This document shows positions 36,746 through 46,870 of a stretch of DNA of 64,000 nt, piece by piece. Every line of letters starts with the position of its first letter. Position 1 is the stretch's first letter. Source of the stretch: an uncultured Candidatus Saccharibacteria bacterium (GTDB lineage Bacteria > Patescibacteriota > Saccharimonadia > Saccharimonadales > UBA10212); assembly GCA_964483315.1 (NCBI GenBank), contig CAZAAL010000002.1, forward strand, positions 8,689-72,688, written 5' to 3'. A model generated the notes under the pieces. The model was not told the origin of the DNA. It saw only the letters and a program-made list of their open reading frames with translations, and did no database searches. A program made the position numbers and the translations under genes.

Positions 36746-36849
36746 ATCTATTATTATAGTCTAAAAAAACCTCATTAAGTGTTGCTAAGCTTAAAAAACA
36801 AAAGTAAAATAAGCATGAGCAATTAACTAATTTTTAAAGGTGGGGCAAA

Positions 36850-37896
36850 TTGAAAACCAAAGTAGCAATTAATGGATTTGGCCGAATCGGGCGTAATGCT
36901 TTTAAAATAGCATTTGATAGAGATGATCTAGAAATCGTCGCTATTAATGATTTAACTGATACAAAAACTCTGGCATATTTACTCAAAAACGACAGCAACT
37001 ACGGAACCTATAAAAACAAGGTTAGCTATGACGAAAAAAACATTATTGTAAATGATAAATCAATTATTGTTTGTTCAGAGAAAGAACCAACCAAGTTACC
37101 TTGGGCTGATTTGGGTGTTGATGTTGTCATTGAAAGTACCGGGCGTTTTACTGATATAGATGGTGCCGGGCAACATCTTCAGGCCGGAGCTAAGCGGGTT
37201 GTGATATCTGGCCCAACAAAAAGCGATGGCGTAGACACGATTGTTATAGGCGCCAACGAAGATAATTTAAAAGATGCCACGCCCATTATAAGTAACGCTA
37301 GTTGTACAACAAACTCGCTTGGTGCCGTAATGGCAATTTTGGATCACGAATTTGGTGTTGAAAAGTCGTTGCTAACAACAGTTCACAGCTACACTGCTAG
37401 TCAGGTTTTACAGGATGCTCCTTCAAAAGACCTACGAGAGGGTAGGAACGCTGCCGAAAATATCGTACCAACCACCACCGGAGCTGCGATTGCTGTAACC
37501 CTAACAATGCCTCAGCTAAAGGGCAAATTTGACGGTTTGAGTATAAGGGTGCCAACACCGGTAGTATCCTTAAGTGATGTAACTGTACTGCTAAAACGAA
37601 ACGCGAGTGTGGATGATATTAACAATGCTTTTAAAAAAGCATCAAAAGATCCTTATTATCAAGGCATTATTGCCGTCAGCGAAGAACCACTAGTGAGTAG
37701 TGATTATATTGGTAATAGTCACTCTGGTGTTGTTGATTTATTGCTAACAAAGGTAGTTGATGGGAACCTGGCAAAAATTATGGTTTGGTATGACAACGAA
37801 TGGGGCTATTCGAACCGACTAGTTGAACTAGTTGCCGACATTGGTAAATTACTAACCTCAGCACCTGCTCAACCTAAACATCCACAAGAACAGTAA
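36850..37896 (+). CDS. gap: Glyceraldehyde-3-phosphate dehydrogenase
   Basis: INGFGRIGR, SNASCTTNSL and WYDNEWGYS. TTG start preceded by GGTGGGG. Confidence 0.93.
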   Translation: MKTKVAINGFGRIGRNAFKIAFDRDDLEIVAINDLTDTKTLAYLLKNDSNYGTYKNKVSYDEKNIIVNDKSIIVCSEKEPTKLPWADLGVDVVIESTGRFTDIDGAGQHLQAGAKRVVISGPTKSDGVDTIVIGANEDNLKDATPIISNASCTTNSLGAVMAILDHEFGVEKSLLTTVHSYTASQVLQDAPSKDLREGRNAAENIVPTTTGAAIAVTLTMPQLKGKFDGLSIRVPTPVVSLSDVTVLLKRNASVDDINNAFKKASKDPYYQGIIAVSEEPLVSSDYIGNSHSGVVDLLLTKVVDGNLAKIMVWYDNEWGYSNRLVELVADIGKLLTSAPAQPKHPQEQ

Positions 37897-37897
37897 C

Positions 37898-38353
37898 ATG
37901 AAATTAGCCCTAAGTTCTGATCATGTCGGCTACGCAGTAGCGATGATGCTTAAACAGCAATTAGCAAAAGACGGTCACGAAGTAATTTATTTTGGTCCTG
38001 ATTCATTTAACCCAGATGATGACTATCCCGATTATATAAAGCCGGCAGCCGAATCTGTAAGTAATGGTCAAGTAGAAAAGGGCATAATTTTAGGCGGAAG
38101 CGGACAGGGTGAGGCTATTGTTGCAAATCGCTATAAGGGCGTTCGCTGTGTTGTATATTATGGTCCACCACCAGAAAGCTCAGGGCTCGATATAATCGTT
38201 TTATCAAGAGAGCATAATGATGCCAATATGATAAGTATTGGTGCGCGATTTGTATCGAGCGGCAGAAGCCTAGAGCTAATTAGACAATGGCTGACAGTAC
38301 CCTTTAGCCATGACGAGCGTCACGTCAGGCGAATAAATAAAATAGACGGATAA
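37898..38353 (+). CDS. rpiB: Ribose-5-phosphate isomerase B (RpiB/LacAB family)
   Basis: 151 aa. The pattern is SDHVGY...GILLGGSGQGEAIVANR..GVRC. Confidence 0.8.
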   Translation: MKLALSSDHVGYAVAMMLKQQLAKDGHEVIYFGPDSFNPDDDYPDYIKPAAESVSNGQVEKGIILGGSGQGEAIVANRYKGVRCVVYYGPPPESSGLDIIVLSREHNDANMISIGARFVSSGRSLELIRQWLTVPFSHDERHVRRINKIDG

Positions 38354-38357
38354 TTTT

Positions 38358-39002
38358 ATGCCCCAAATATGCCCATCAATCCTATCAGCCACCGAAGCGG
38401 ATTATAAAATTCAAGCTGAAGCAGTGGCGGGATTTGCGCATCGTATCCAAATCGATTTAACCGATGGGGTGTTTGCTGACGGGGCTAACCTTAACCCAGA
38501 AACTATTTGGTGGCCAGTCGGCATAAAGGCCGATATTCATCTTATGCATCAAAAGCCACTTGATTCAGCTCGTGCTGTTTTGAAGCATCGACCAAATATG
38601 TTAATTGCGCATGTTGAATCTGACGTTCATTTTGAAGAACTAAAGACTGTGGTTAAGAGCTATGGCGTATTGCTAGGTATCGCCTTACTACCAAAAAGCC
38701 CAGTTGATCTTATTGAACCAATTCTTGATCAGATTGACCATGTTTTAATTTTTAGTGGCAATTTAGGACGATTTGGTGGTACAGCGGATTTGTCGCAGCT
38801 TGACAAGGTATCGCAAATTAAATCAATTAGATCGGATATTGAAGTTGGCTGGGACGGTGGGATAAATGATCAAAATATAGCCGAGCTGGCTATGGGCGGT
38901 GTAGATGTCTTGAATGTAGGTGGGTTCATACAAAGAGCCGAAAACCCACATAACGCTTATGCTATACTTGAACGGATAGCAGAAGAGGCGGGCACAACAT
39001 GA
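38358..39002 (+). CDS. rpe: Ribulose-phosphate 3-epimerase
   Basis: ICPSILSA, IQIDLTDG, HLM and VGWDGGIN give a TIM-barrel epimerase pattern. It sits in pentose-phosphate context. Confidence 0.75.
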   Translation: MPQICPSILSATEADYKIQAEAVAGFAHRIQIDLTDGVFADGANLNPETIWWPVGIKADIHLMHQKPLDSARAVLKHRPNMLIAHVESDVHFEELKTVVKSYGVLLGIALLPKSPVDLIEPILDQIDHVLIFSGNLGRFGGTADLSQLDKVSQIKSIRSDIEVGWDGGINDQNIAELAMGGVDVLNVGGFIQRAENPHNAYAILERIAEEAGTT

Positions 39003-39883
39003 AACGCTTAGATATTGAAGGGCTTGAAAAAAAAGCTAACGACATTCGCATTGACATAATTAAAATGCTCGAAATTGCTGGCAGTGGTCATAGCGCAGGT
39101 CCTTTAGGATTGGCAGATATATTTTCAGCCCTGTATTTTAATATCTTAAATCACGATCCTAAAAATCCCGATTGGTCGGATAGGGACATGCTTGTTTTAA
39201 GTAATGGTCACTGTGCGCCAGTTTTGTATGCGACCATGGCAAATGCTGGGTATTTTCCAAAAAAGGAACTCCAAACTCTTAGAAAATTTGGTTCTCGGCT
39301 ACAAGGTCATCCGGAAAGACTTAGGCTGCCAGGTGTCGAAACAACCAGCGGCCCACTCGGTGAAGGCCTTGGCCAGTCCGCTGGTATGGCATTGGCTATG
39401 AAAATGGACGGGCAAAATCATCGTTGGGTATATTGCATAACTGGCGATGGTGAATTAAATGAAGGCAATATTTGGGAATCGGCTATGCTAATTGGCAAGT
39501 ATAAGCTCCATAACTTAATTGCAATCGTTGATCGCAATAACATACAAATTGATGGCACGACTGAATTCGTGATGCCGCTAGAAGATTTACGAGCTAAGTG
39601 GGAAGCTTTCGGCTGGCACGTCATTGAAATTGATGGCCATAACATTGACGGATTTATAGATTCTGTGGCAATGGCTAAGGCTATTGTCGAAAAGCCATCA
39701 GTTATTTTAGCGCACACCATCCCTGGTAAAGGCGTTGATTTTATGGAATATGATTATCATTGGCATGGTATCCCGGTCGGCATTCAGGACGTTGGCGGGG
39801 CGCCACCAAAAAATGAACAAGCTAAGGTTGCACTTGATGAGCTACGAAGTCTTGGTGGCAAGATTCTAGGGGAACATAAATGA
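38999..39883 (+). CDS. tkt: Transketolase, N-terminal (TPP-binding) subunit
   Basis: GSGHSAGPLGLADI, LSNGHCAPVLYA and GDGELNEGNIWE. A 4-nt overlap links it to the C-terminal subunit gene. Confidence 0.9.
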   Translation: MKRLDIEGLEKKANDIRIDIIKMLEIAGSGHSAGPLGLADIFSALYFNILNHDPKNPDWSDRDMLVLSNGHCAPVLYATMANAGYFPKKELQTLRKFGSRLQGHPERLRLPGVETTSGPLGEGLGQSAGMALAMKMDGQNHRWVYCITGDGELNEGNIWESAMLIGKYKLHNLIAIVDRNNIQIDGTTEFVMPLEDLRAKWEAFGWHVIEIDGHNIDGFIDSVAMAKAIVEKPSVILAHTIPGKGVDFMEYDYHWHGIPVGIQDVGGAPPKNEQAKVALDELRSLGGKILGEHK

Positions 39884-40875
39884 TACATTTGTTTTTAAAC
39901 CCTGGGATAGATAAAGATGCTCTAGAATCTGAGCCAATTCGCAAAGGCTTTGGACGTGGTCTACTTGAAGCAGGTAAACGCAATCCTAATGTTGTAGCGT
40001 TGTGTGCTGACTTAACTGACTCAACTCAAATTAGCCTGTTTGCAAAGGAGTTCCCTGAAAGATTTGTTGAAGTTGGGGTTGCTGAACAAAACCTTGCAAC
40101 AGTTGGTGCTGGCTTGGCGGCTATGGGTAAAGTGCCATTTATAAGTAGTTATGCGGCCTTTAGTCCTGGTCGTAATTGGGAGCAAATCAAGACTACTTCA
40201 GCATTAAATGATAGGCCTCTAAAGGTCGTTGGTTCGCATGCTGGGCTATATACCGGGCCAGACGGAGCAACTCATCAAATGCTAGAGGATGTATCATTAA
40301 TGCGCGCTATGCCTAATATGGTTGTGGTAGTTCCTTGCGATTCTATGGAAGCTGAAAAAGCCACCATTGCTTTAGCCGATGATAATCGCCCGGCTTATTT
40401 AAGGCTTGCTCGAGATAGCTCCCCAATCATAACCAGTGGTCGAACTCCCTTTGAGATTGGTAAAGCCTATGTTTTTGCTAGTGGAACCGACATTAGTATT
40501 ATTGCTAATGGTACGATGACATATCAGGCTCTTAGGGCAGCCGAAATTTTATTTAAGGACGGGATCGATGCCGAGGTCGTGCACGTGCCAACCGTCAAAC
40601 CACTAGATTCCGAGACTATACTCAGAACAGCAAGACGCACTAGGCACGTAATAACAGTCGAAGAGGCTCAAATTAATGGTGGTCTTGGTAGTGCCATAGC
40701 AGAGCTTTTGAGCGAAAGACTACCAACGCCCATCAAAAGAATGGGCGTCAATGACCGATTTGGTGAATCAGGTACACCTGAAGAGCTTCTGCATGAATTT
40801 AAGCTAACCGCTAAACATATCGCGCTTGAAGCGCATCATATGCTTGGTGACCATACTCATCATAAACATCGCTAA
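39880..40875 (+). CDS. tkt: Transketolase, C-terminal (pyrimidine-binding) subunit
   Basis: FVEVGVAEQNLATVGAGLA, GPDGATHQMLEDV and a C-terminal TKC domain. It ends in a His-rich tail (HHMLGDHTHHKHR). Confidence 0.9.
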   Translation: MIHLFLNPGIDKDALESEPIRKGFGRGLLEAGKRNPNVVALCADLTDSTQISLFAKEFPERFVEVGVAEQNLATVGAGLAAMGKVPFISSYAAFSPGRNWEQIKTTSALNDRPLKVVGSHAGLYTGPDGATHQMLEDVSLMRAMPNMVVVVPCDSMEAEKATIALADDNRPAYLRLARDSSPIITSGRTPFEIGKAYVFASGTDISIIANGTMTYQALRAAEILFKDGIDAEVVHVPTVKPLDSETILRTARRTRHVITVEEAQINGGLGSAIAELLSERLPTPIKRMGVNDRFGESGTPEELLHEFKLTAKHIALEAHHMLGDHTHHKHR

Positions 40876-40886
40876 AGGAGCCGTAC

Positions 40887-41801
40887 ATGCCACTAACATT
40901 AAGACAAATAAGAAAAAACTGTGAAGATGCTCGCGCAACTATGGCACGAGCAAGATCCGAACATTTTGCGCTTGGAGCATTTAATCTTGATAACCAAGAA
41001 ACTTTAATTGCCGTAGCTCGGGCTGCTCAAAAAAAATCAGCACCGGTGCTGGTAGAGGTAAGTAAGGGTGAAGTTGATGCGCTTGGCCTAGATAATGTTC
41101 GTGACATGGTCGAAAACTACAAACATGAATATGGCATAGAGATGTACATTAACCTAGACCATAGCCCAAGTATAGAAGATTCGATTGCTGGTATTGAGGC
41201 TGGATTTGAGTTTATTCATATTGACGTATCACAAGCCGAACACGATGCACCAGAGGGCAAAATAATTGCCGACACCAAAGAGGTTGTTGAATACGCAAGA
41301 CTAACAGGTGCTTTAGTAGAAAGCGAGCCCCATTATTTTGGTGGTAGCTCTAATGTCCATAAAGAGGCCTTTGATTATGAAGAAATCAAAAAGACATTCT
41401 CAACACCAGAAGGCGCAAGGGAGTTTGTGGTAGCCACAGGTATTGACACATTTGCAGCCGCAGTTGGCAATTTACACGGTAGTTACCCTGTTCCCAAAGT
41501 ACTTGACCTTGAGCTACTAGCAAAAATTCGCGAAGCAATTGATTGCAATATTAGTCTTCATGGTGGTAGTGGAACGGCAGCGCATTATTTTATTGAGGCA
41601 GTCAAAATTGGCGTAACTAAAATTAACATCAACAGTGATATGCGTGTAGCCTATCGGAATACTCTGGAAAGGGTTTTAGCTGAAAATAAATCCGAATACG
41701 CTGTCGTTAAATTAATGGGTACGGTTATAGACGAAGTTCAAAAAGTTGTTGAATCAAAAATAGATATGTTTGGCTCGGCTGGCAAAGCTGTTGTCGACTA
41801 A
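40887..41801 (+). CDS. fba: Class II fructose-bisphosphate aldolase
   Basis: NLDHS, LHGGSG and KININSD are the F_bP_aldolase class II motifs. The protein is 304 aa. Confidence 0.85.
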   Translation: MPLTLRQIRKNCEDARATMARARSEHFALGAFNLDNQETLIAVARAAQKKSAPVLVEVSKGEVDALGLDNVRDMVENYKHEYGIEMYINLDHSPSIEDSIAGIEAGFEFIHIDVSQAEHDAPEGKIIADTKEVVEYARLTGALVESEPHYFGGSSNVHKEAFDYEEIKKTFSTPEGAREFVVATGIDTFAAAVGNLHGSYPVPKVLDLELLAKIREAIDCNISLHGGSGTAAHYFIEAVKIGVTKININSDMRVAYRNTLERVLAENKSEYAVVKLMGTVIDEVQKVVESKIDMFGSAGKAVVD

Positions 41802-41862
41802 GCCTCAGGCTGTTACAATAAGCACAAGCAAAATATCTAAATCCAGGAGTGGTAAGTTTTAG

Positions 41863-42867
41863 ATGTCAGAAACAAAACTAGATGTGCTATCAATCGGGGA
41901 CGTAGTAACAGATGCCTTTATCAAGCTTCAAGAGGATAAGGCTTGGGCTGAGGAAGGCGAAAAAGGTCCTACACTTACCATGCCATTCGCTACCAAGATT
42001 CCATTTCAGGATTCGATTGTACTTGAAGCTGTCGGCAATGCTGCTAACGCCAGCGTATCTTTTGCTAGGCTTGGCTTAAAATCTGGATTAGTTAGTAATG
42101 TTGGCGAGGATGATTGGGGTAGGGATATCATTCGCTCATTAAAGAAAAAAAAGGTTGATGCGCGTTTTGTTCATATAAACGAAGATAAAAAAAGTAATTA
42201 TCACTATGTTCTTTGGTATAAAGATGAACGCACAATTTTAATTAAACACGAAGAATATGATTACCACTGGCCAAGGTTCAGAGCCAATGACATACCAAGG
42301 TGGGTCTACTTTAGCTCAATTAGTAAAAATGCTATGGCCTACCATGATCAAATAAGTGAATGGCTTGAAGATCATCCAGAGGTTAAAATGGCATTCCAAC
42401 CCGGGACTTTCCAGATGGAGGTTGGTGTGGATAGGCTAAAACGGATTTACGCTCGCAGTGAAGTGGTTGTTTTAAATCGTGAAGAAGCGGTTTTTGTAAG
42501 CGGCGGCGAATATAACGACTTGCATGATTTGTTTGATAGGATGCACCATCTTGGCGTAAAAATTGTAGTTATAACGGATGGTCCGGATGGAGCTTATGCC
42601 TCGGATGGTGCAAACCGATATTCAATGCCCAATTACCCCGATCCAGCTCCCCCATTTGAAAGAACCGGTGCAGGTGATAGCTTTGCATCTACATTTGTAG
42701 CAGCCTTGATGCATGGTGCAAGTGTAGAAGCTGCACTCTTGTGGGCACCGATAAACTCAATGAATGTTGTCCAACATGTTGGTGCACAAGAGGGTCTTTT
42801 AACTGTAAAAGAGATTGAAAAGTATCTACACTCAGCACCTGATTGGTATCATCCAACTCGACTCTAA
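41863..42867 (+). CDS. PfkB-family carbohydrate kinase
   Basis: The ribokinase-like fold has N-terminal GD.V.D and the C-terminal anion hole TGAGDSFASTF. Substrate specificity cannot be determined from sequence. Confidence 0.8.
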   Translation: MSETKLDVLSIGDVVTDAFIKLQEDKAWAEEGEKGPTLTMPFATKIPFQDSIVLEAVGNAANASVSFARLGLKSGLVSNVGEDDWGRDIIRSLKKKKVDARFVHINEDKKSNYHYVLWYKDERTILIKHEEYDYHWPRFRANDIPRWVYFSSISKNAMAYHDQISEWLEDHPEVKMAFQPGTFQMEVGVDRLKRIYARSEVVVLNREEAVFVSGGEYNDLHDLFDRMHHLGVKIVVITDGPDGAYASDGANRYSMPNYPDPAPPFERTGAGDSFASTFVAALMHGASVEAALLWAPINSMNVVQHVGAQEGLLTVKEIEKYLHSAPDWYHPTRL

Positions 42868-42872
42868 AAACC

Positions 42873-44129
42873 ATGTCTAGGCTATTATCAGAATTGTTAG
42901 GCGCTGAAGAACCACTTTTTAGCTTGGCTCTTAAGCAACTTGAGCGTGTGGCCGCTAACCCAAGTAGCGATATCCATCTGTCTGCTGAAATTATTGGCAA
43001 GAGCCAAATTAAGGCACGCGAGCTTGGCCTTGATCCAAAAGACTCAACAGGCAAGGAATTTTATTTTGCCTTGCTAGCCCAAGCCGAACGCCACAATGAA
43101 CACTTGACACAAATACTTGGCGCAAGCCACTCCGAAGATATTGCTAGCTTGGCGCCGTTAATTGTAAGGCAGATTAGTAGTCTAAACATTCCTAAATCTT
43201 CATGGTCGCTCAAAAAATCGGTTGCCAAAGAAATATTAAAAACCTATCCCCCAAAACAGCTAATGAAACATCTTCACTATAAGTCGGTTGCATCGATGAT
43301 TAAAAACGAACCAATTCAAGAACTATTCTTAGGCTCGATGTTAGTAGAAGGCCAAGCTTGGCACAAGCAAAAACTAAAAGCTTATTCAAAATTAAAACCC
43401 TCAGATTTTGAGACACGCCCAATTGAACTAATTAGCCTTAGGCCTGATAGATGGACTGATTACGGTACGCAGTATCTATTTGGCAAGCATCATAGTGTTA
43501 TGTTTAACATAGAGTTGGGCGTGGTAGGCTTGATACCAATACTTGGTGGCCGACAAAAAGCAGCGGCACTAGTAAATCTGCCGATGATTTTGCATGCGAT
43601 TAACGAAATTAGGATATACGGCTCATTTTTTAAGCTTAGGCAGATTGATGCTAATAAATTCGGTAGTGTATTGGTTGATACGCTGAATTTTGGTCCCCGT
43701 AGTGTATCAGTGGTAGCCGGGCAACAGATACAATGGCGGGTTTTCCATCAATTTTTTGGCGAACAGTCAGCTGATAACCATCCAGAATTTTTTGAACCTC
43801 ATATCCAAAGTGAAGATTTAAGATGGCGTAGTGTCGAGAGTACACTGGCTGAACTTGACTCGGAGCTGTCTTGGTGGCAAGACACAAGCTATGTGGGCGT
43901 GCTATGGAGCCAGAGTCCGGTGTCGTTTAACTTGCTAGATGTTGCCCATAATTACGCCGTATCAGCCTCATTAGAACAGCGGCAAGCATATTACTTTAAA
44001 GAGTCACTATGGAACGAAATACTTATGCGCTATCTAGGTGAAAGGCCGGTGCTGAATAAAGTGATTAACGAACTTGATGAAACGGTATTTTTGCCTAGTT
44101 CATTGGCTTTTGATATAGGGGATAAGTAG
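42873..44129 (+). CDS. Hypothetical protein (418 aa)
   Basis: A long ORF. I prefer the start MSRLLSELL at 42873, just after the kinase stop. I recognised no motif. Confidence 0.5.
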   Translation: MSRLLSELLGAEEPLFSLALKQLERVAANPSSDIHLSAEIIGKSQIKARELGLDPKDSTGKEFYFALLAQAERHNEHLTQILGASHSEDIASLAPLIVRQISSLNIPKSSWSLKKSVAKEILKTYPPKQLMKHLHYKSVASMIKNEPIQELFLGSMLVEGQAWHKQKLKAYSKLKPSDFETRPIELISLRPDRWTDYGTQYLFGKHHSVMFNIELGVVGLIPILGGRQKAAALVNLPMILHAINEIRIYGSFFKLRQIDANKFGSVLVDTLNFGPRSVSVVAGQQIQWRVFHQFFGEQSADNHPEFFEPHIQSEDLRWRSVESTLAELDSELSWWQDTSYVGVLWSQSPVSFNLLDVAHNYAVSASLEQRQAYYFKESLWNEILMRYLGERPVLNKVINELDETVFLPSSLAFDIGDK

Positions 44130-44173
44130 TATATAATCCGTATAAACATAAGCATTAATAAGGCAAACAAACA

Positions 44174-44740
44174 ATGTATCAAATTTGCGTATCAGGAGCT
44201 TCAAAAGGCGAAAGTGTCGAAGAGGGCAAGGCGCTGGCTTTAATGGCTGGCGAGGCAATTGCCAAGGCAGGATATAGTCTTATGACGGGTGCGACGGTAG
44301 GCCTGCCGAATTACTCAGCTATTGCCTACAAAAAAGCCGGTGGAAAAATGAGTGTTGGTATTAGCCCTGCTTCTTCGAAGGTTGAGCATGTCTTAAAATA
44401 TCGTTTGCCAACCGAAGACTACGACACAATTTTATATACAGGCCTGCACTACGTTGGGCGGGATACTCTGCTTATCAACTCTTCTGACGCGGTGGTTAGT
44501 ATTGGCGGAAGGCTCGGGACACTACACGAATTTACAATTGCCATGGAAACCGACACTCCAATTGGTTTTTTGCAGGGTGGTGGGGGTATTAGCGATCAAA
44601 TACAGGGAATCTTAAAATCAGTAAATCAAGATAAGAATAAATTGGTGGTTTTTGAAACCGACGCCGAAAAACTAATAGAAAAATTAGGCAAAATCCTAAG
44701 GCGCATAAATCAGGATTACAAACATATTTATAACCTCTAA
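44174..44740 (+). CDS. TIGR00725/LOG-like Rossmann-fold (SLOG) protein
   Basis: ICVSGAS....E.A...G.....G..LMTGA..G, then GGRLGTLHEF. The pattern matches the LOG/DprA-like family. Confidence 0.55.
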   Translation: MYQICVSGASKGESVEEGKALALMAGEAIAKAGYSLMTGATVGLPNYSAIAYKKAGGKMSVGISPASSKVEHVLKYRLPTEDYDTILYTGLHYVGRDTLLINSSDAVVSIGGRLGTLHEFTIAMETDTPIGFLQGGGGISDQIQGILKSVNQDKNKLVVFETDAEKLIEKLGKILRRINQDYKHIYNL

Positions 44741-44774
44741 TAAAAAATAACAGATTATAACATCTACATAATTT

Positions 44775-44786
44775 TAACATATGTTA
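44775..44786. promoter_or_regulatory. Candidate LexA (Cheo-like) operator TAACATATGTTA
   Basis: A perfect 12-bp palindrome whose 10-bp core AACATATGTT equals the core of the Gram-positive SOS box CGAACATATGTTCG. It lies 53 nt upstream of the uvrB start. Confidence 0.4.
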
Positions 44787-44838
44787 TTTTTTTGTAGATG
44801 CTATAAGTGTTAATAGGACGGTGGTGTAAAATAAGCAG

Positions 44839-46797
44839 GTGAATAAGCTACAACTTGTTTCTGACTATAAACCGACTGGCGATCAGCCTAAGGCTATTGA
44901 TTTAATTACAAAAAATATATTAAGCGGTCAAAAAGAACAAGTTTTACTCGGTGTAACTGGCTCTGGTAAAACATTTACTATGGCCAATGTGATTCAAAAC
45001 GTCCAAAGGCCAACTCTTGTTTTAAGCCACAACAAAACCTTGGCCGCACAACTTTACGGCGAATTTAAGCAGTTTTTTCCAAATAATGCCGTTCATTATT
45101 TTGTTAGTTACTTTGATTATTATCAACCAGAAGCCTACATAGTCAGAAGCGATACTTATATCGAAAAGGACAGCCAAATCAATGAGGAGATTGACAGGTT
45201 AAGACATGCTGCCACTAGCGCACTATTATCTAGACGAGATGTAATCATTGTTGCCAGTGTGAGCTGTATTTATGGGATTGGTTCAGTCGAGGATTACGGT
45301 GATATGGCCGTATCAATTTCAGCCGGTGAACGTCGTGTGCGGGATAAATTACTAAGACAACTCACTGATATTCAGTACCAAAGAAACGATATAGATTTTC
45401 ATCGTTCAACTTTTCGAGTGCGTGGTGACGTGGTAGATGTTTTTCCGGCGGGCGAAGAATCAGCTTATCGCATTGAGTTCTTTGGTGACAGCGTTGAGCG
45501 GATAGTTAAAATCAATCCGCTAACTGGCGAGGTTGAGTCAAGCCTAAAATCGCTTAAAGTTTTTCCTTCAAGCCACTATGTTACCCCCGAACAAAAACTT
45601 AAAGGAGCGCTTGGCAAAATTGCAAAAGAGTGCGACGAAAGAGTTAATTGGTTCAAAAAGCAAGGTCTGCTTGTTGAAGCTCAGCGACTTGCTCAAAGAG
45701 TTAAATATGACCTTGAGATGCTCGAGCAAACCGGCTTTGTTAAGGGGATAGAAAATTATTCAAGGTATCTCACTAACCGTGAGCCAGGCGAACAGCCAGC
45801 AACTCTTTTGGATTATTTTCCAGACGATTATTTAATGGTTATCGATGAAAGTCATATGACAATCCCACAAGTTAGGGGAATGTATAATGGCGACCGAGCG
45901 CGTAAAGAAGTTTTAGTTGAACATGGGTTTAGATTGCCAAGCGCGCTAGATAATCGACCGCTAACTTTTAGTGAGTTTGAGCGCCATCTAAATCAGGTAG
46001 TTTACGTAAGTGCAACCCCGGCCGAATACGAAATTAGTCGTGCTGGTGAGCCTATAAAACAAGTTATCAGACCAACCGGCCTTTTAGACCCAATGATCGA
46101 AGTTAGGACGATAGATGGTCAAATTGATGATTTAATTGCCGAAATTCGCTCAACTGTCGAAAAAACTCAAAGAGTTTTAGTTACCACTCTTACTAAGCGA
46201 ATGGCCGAGGATTTAACTGAGTATCTAGCCGATTTAAACATAAAAGTTACCTATATTCATAGTGATGTCGACACGCTTGATCGAACAGATATCTTACGCG
46301 ATTTAAGATTAGGTGTATTTGATGTTCTAGTCGGCATTAATCTGCTTCGCGAGGGTCTAGATTTACCAGAGGTGAGCTTAGTAGCTATTTTAGACGCTGA
46401 TAAAGAAGGCTTTTTAAGGAGCGAGCAAGCTCTGATTCAAACTGTTGGCCGTGCTGCACGTCACGAAGAGGGACGTGTAATCATGTATGCCGATAATATA
46501 ACCGGCAGTATGCAAAGAACAATAGACGTAACAAATCAGCGAAGAGTCTTGCAAGATAAATATAATAAAGAGCATAAAATTACGCCAAAAAGCATTAACC
46601 GAGCAGTAGGCGAAGGCTTACCAAGGTCTAAAGTTGATGATAAGCCAAAACTTGATTTAAAAAAGATTCCAAAAGACGAATATGCGCATCTGATACGTGA
46701 GCTGACTTCGCAGATGGATTTGGCGGCTGCTAATCTAGAATTTGAAAAAGCCGCGGAACTTAGGGACGTGATAAACGAAATTAAACAAAAAATTTAA
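44839..46797 (+). CDS. uvrB: Excinuclease ABC subunit B
   Basis: [28 protein letters not shown] and a C-terminal UVR domain ([17 protein letters not shown]). GTG start. Confidence 0.95.
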   Translation: MNKLQLVSDYKPTGDQPKAIDLITKNILSGQKEQVLLGVTGSGKTFTMANVIQNVQRPTLVLSHNKTLAAQLYGEFKQFFPNNAVHYFVSYFDYYQPEAYIVRSDTYIEKDSQINEEIDRLRHAATSALLSRRDVIIVASVSCIYGIGSVEDYGDMAVSISAGERRVRDKLLRQLTDIQYQRNDIDFHRSTFRVRGDVVDVFPAGEESAYRIEFFGDSVERIVKINPLTGEVESSLKSLKVFPSSHYVTPEQKLKGALGKIAKECDERVNWFKKQGLLVEAQRLAQRVKYDLEMLEQTGFVKGIENYSRYLTNREPGEQPATLLDYFPDDYLMVIDESHMTIPQVRGMYNGDRARKEVLVEHGFRLPSALDNRPLTFSEFERHLNQVVYVSATPAEYEISRAGEPIKQVIRPTGLLDPMIEVRTIDGQIDDLIAEIRSTVEKTQRVLVTTLTKRMAEDLTEYLADLNIKVTYIHSDVDTLDRTDILRDLRLGVFDVLVGINLLREGLDLPEVSLVAILDADKEGFLRSEQALIQTVGRAARHEEGRVIMYADNITGSMQRTIDVTNQRRVLQDKYNKEHKITPKSINRAVGEGLPRSKVDDKPKLDLKKIPKDEYAHLIRELTSQMDLAAANLEFEKAAELRDVINEIKQKI

Positions 46798-46809
46798 GAA
46801 AAGCAGAGA
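46795..46809. repeat. Left arm of a perfect 15-bp inverted repeat (TAAGAAAAGCAGAGA)
   Basis: It is the exact reverse complement of 47486-47500. It overlaps the uvrB stop codon. Confidence 0.9.
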
Positions 46810-46828
46810 GTTAGCTTGATTGACCCGA

Positions 46829-46862
46829 GCGCGACTGGTGACAGAGATGTCACCAGTCGCGC
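46829..46862 (-). terminator. GC-rich hairpin downstream of the cassette ORFs (probable terminator)
   Basis: GCGCGACTGGTGAC-AGAGAT-GTCACCAGTCGCGC is a 14-bp perfect stem lying 8 nt after the TGA at 46871. It has no U-tract, a style I associate with high-GC genomes. Confidence 0.6.
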
Positions 46863-46870
46863 TTCGAGGG

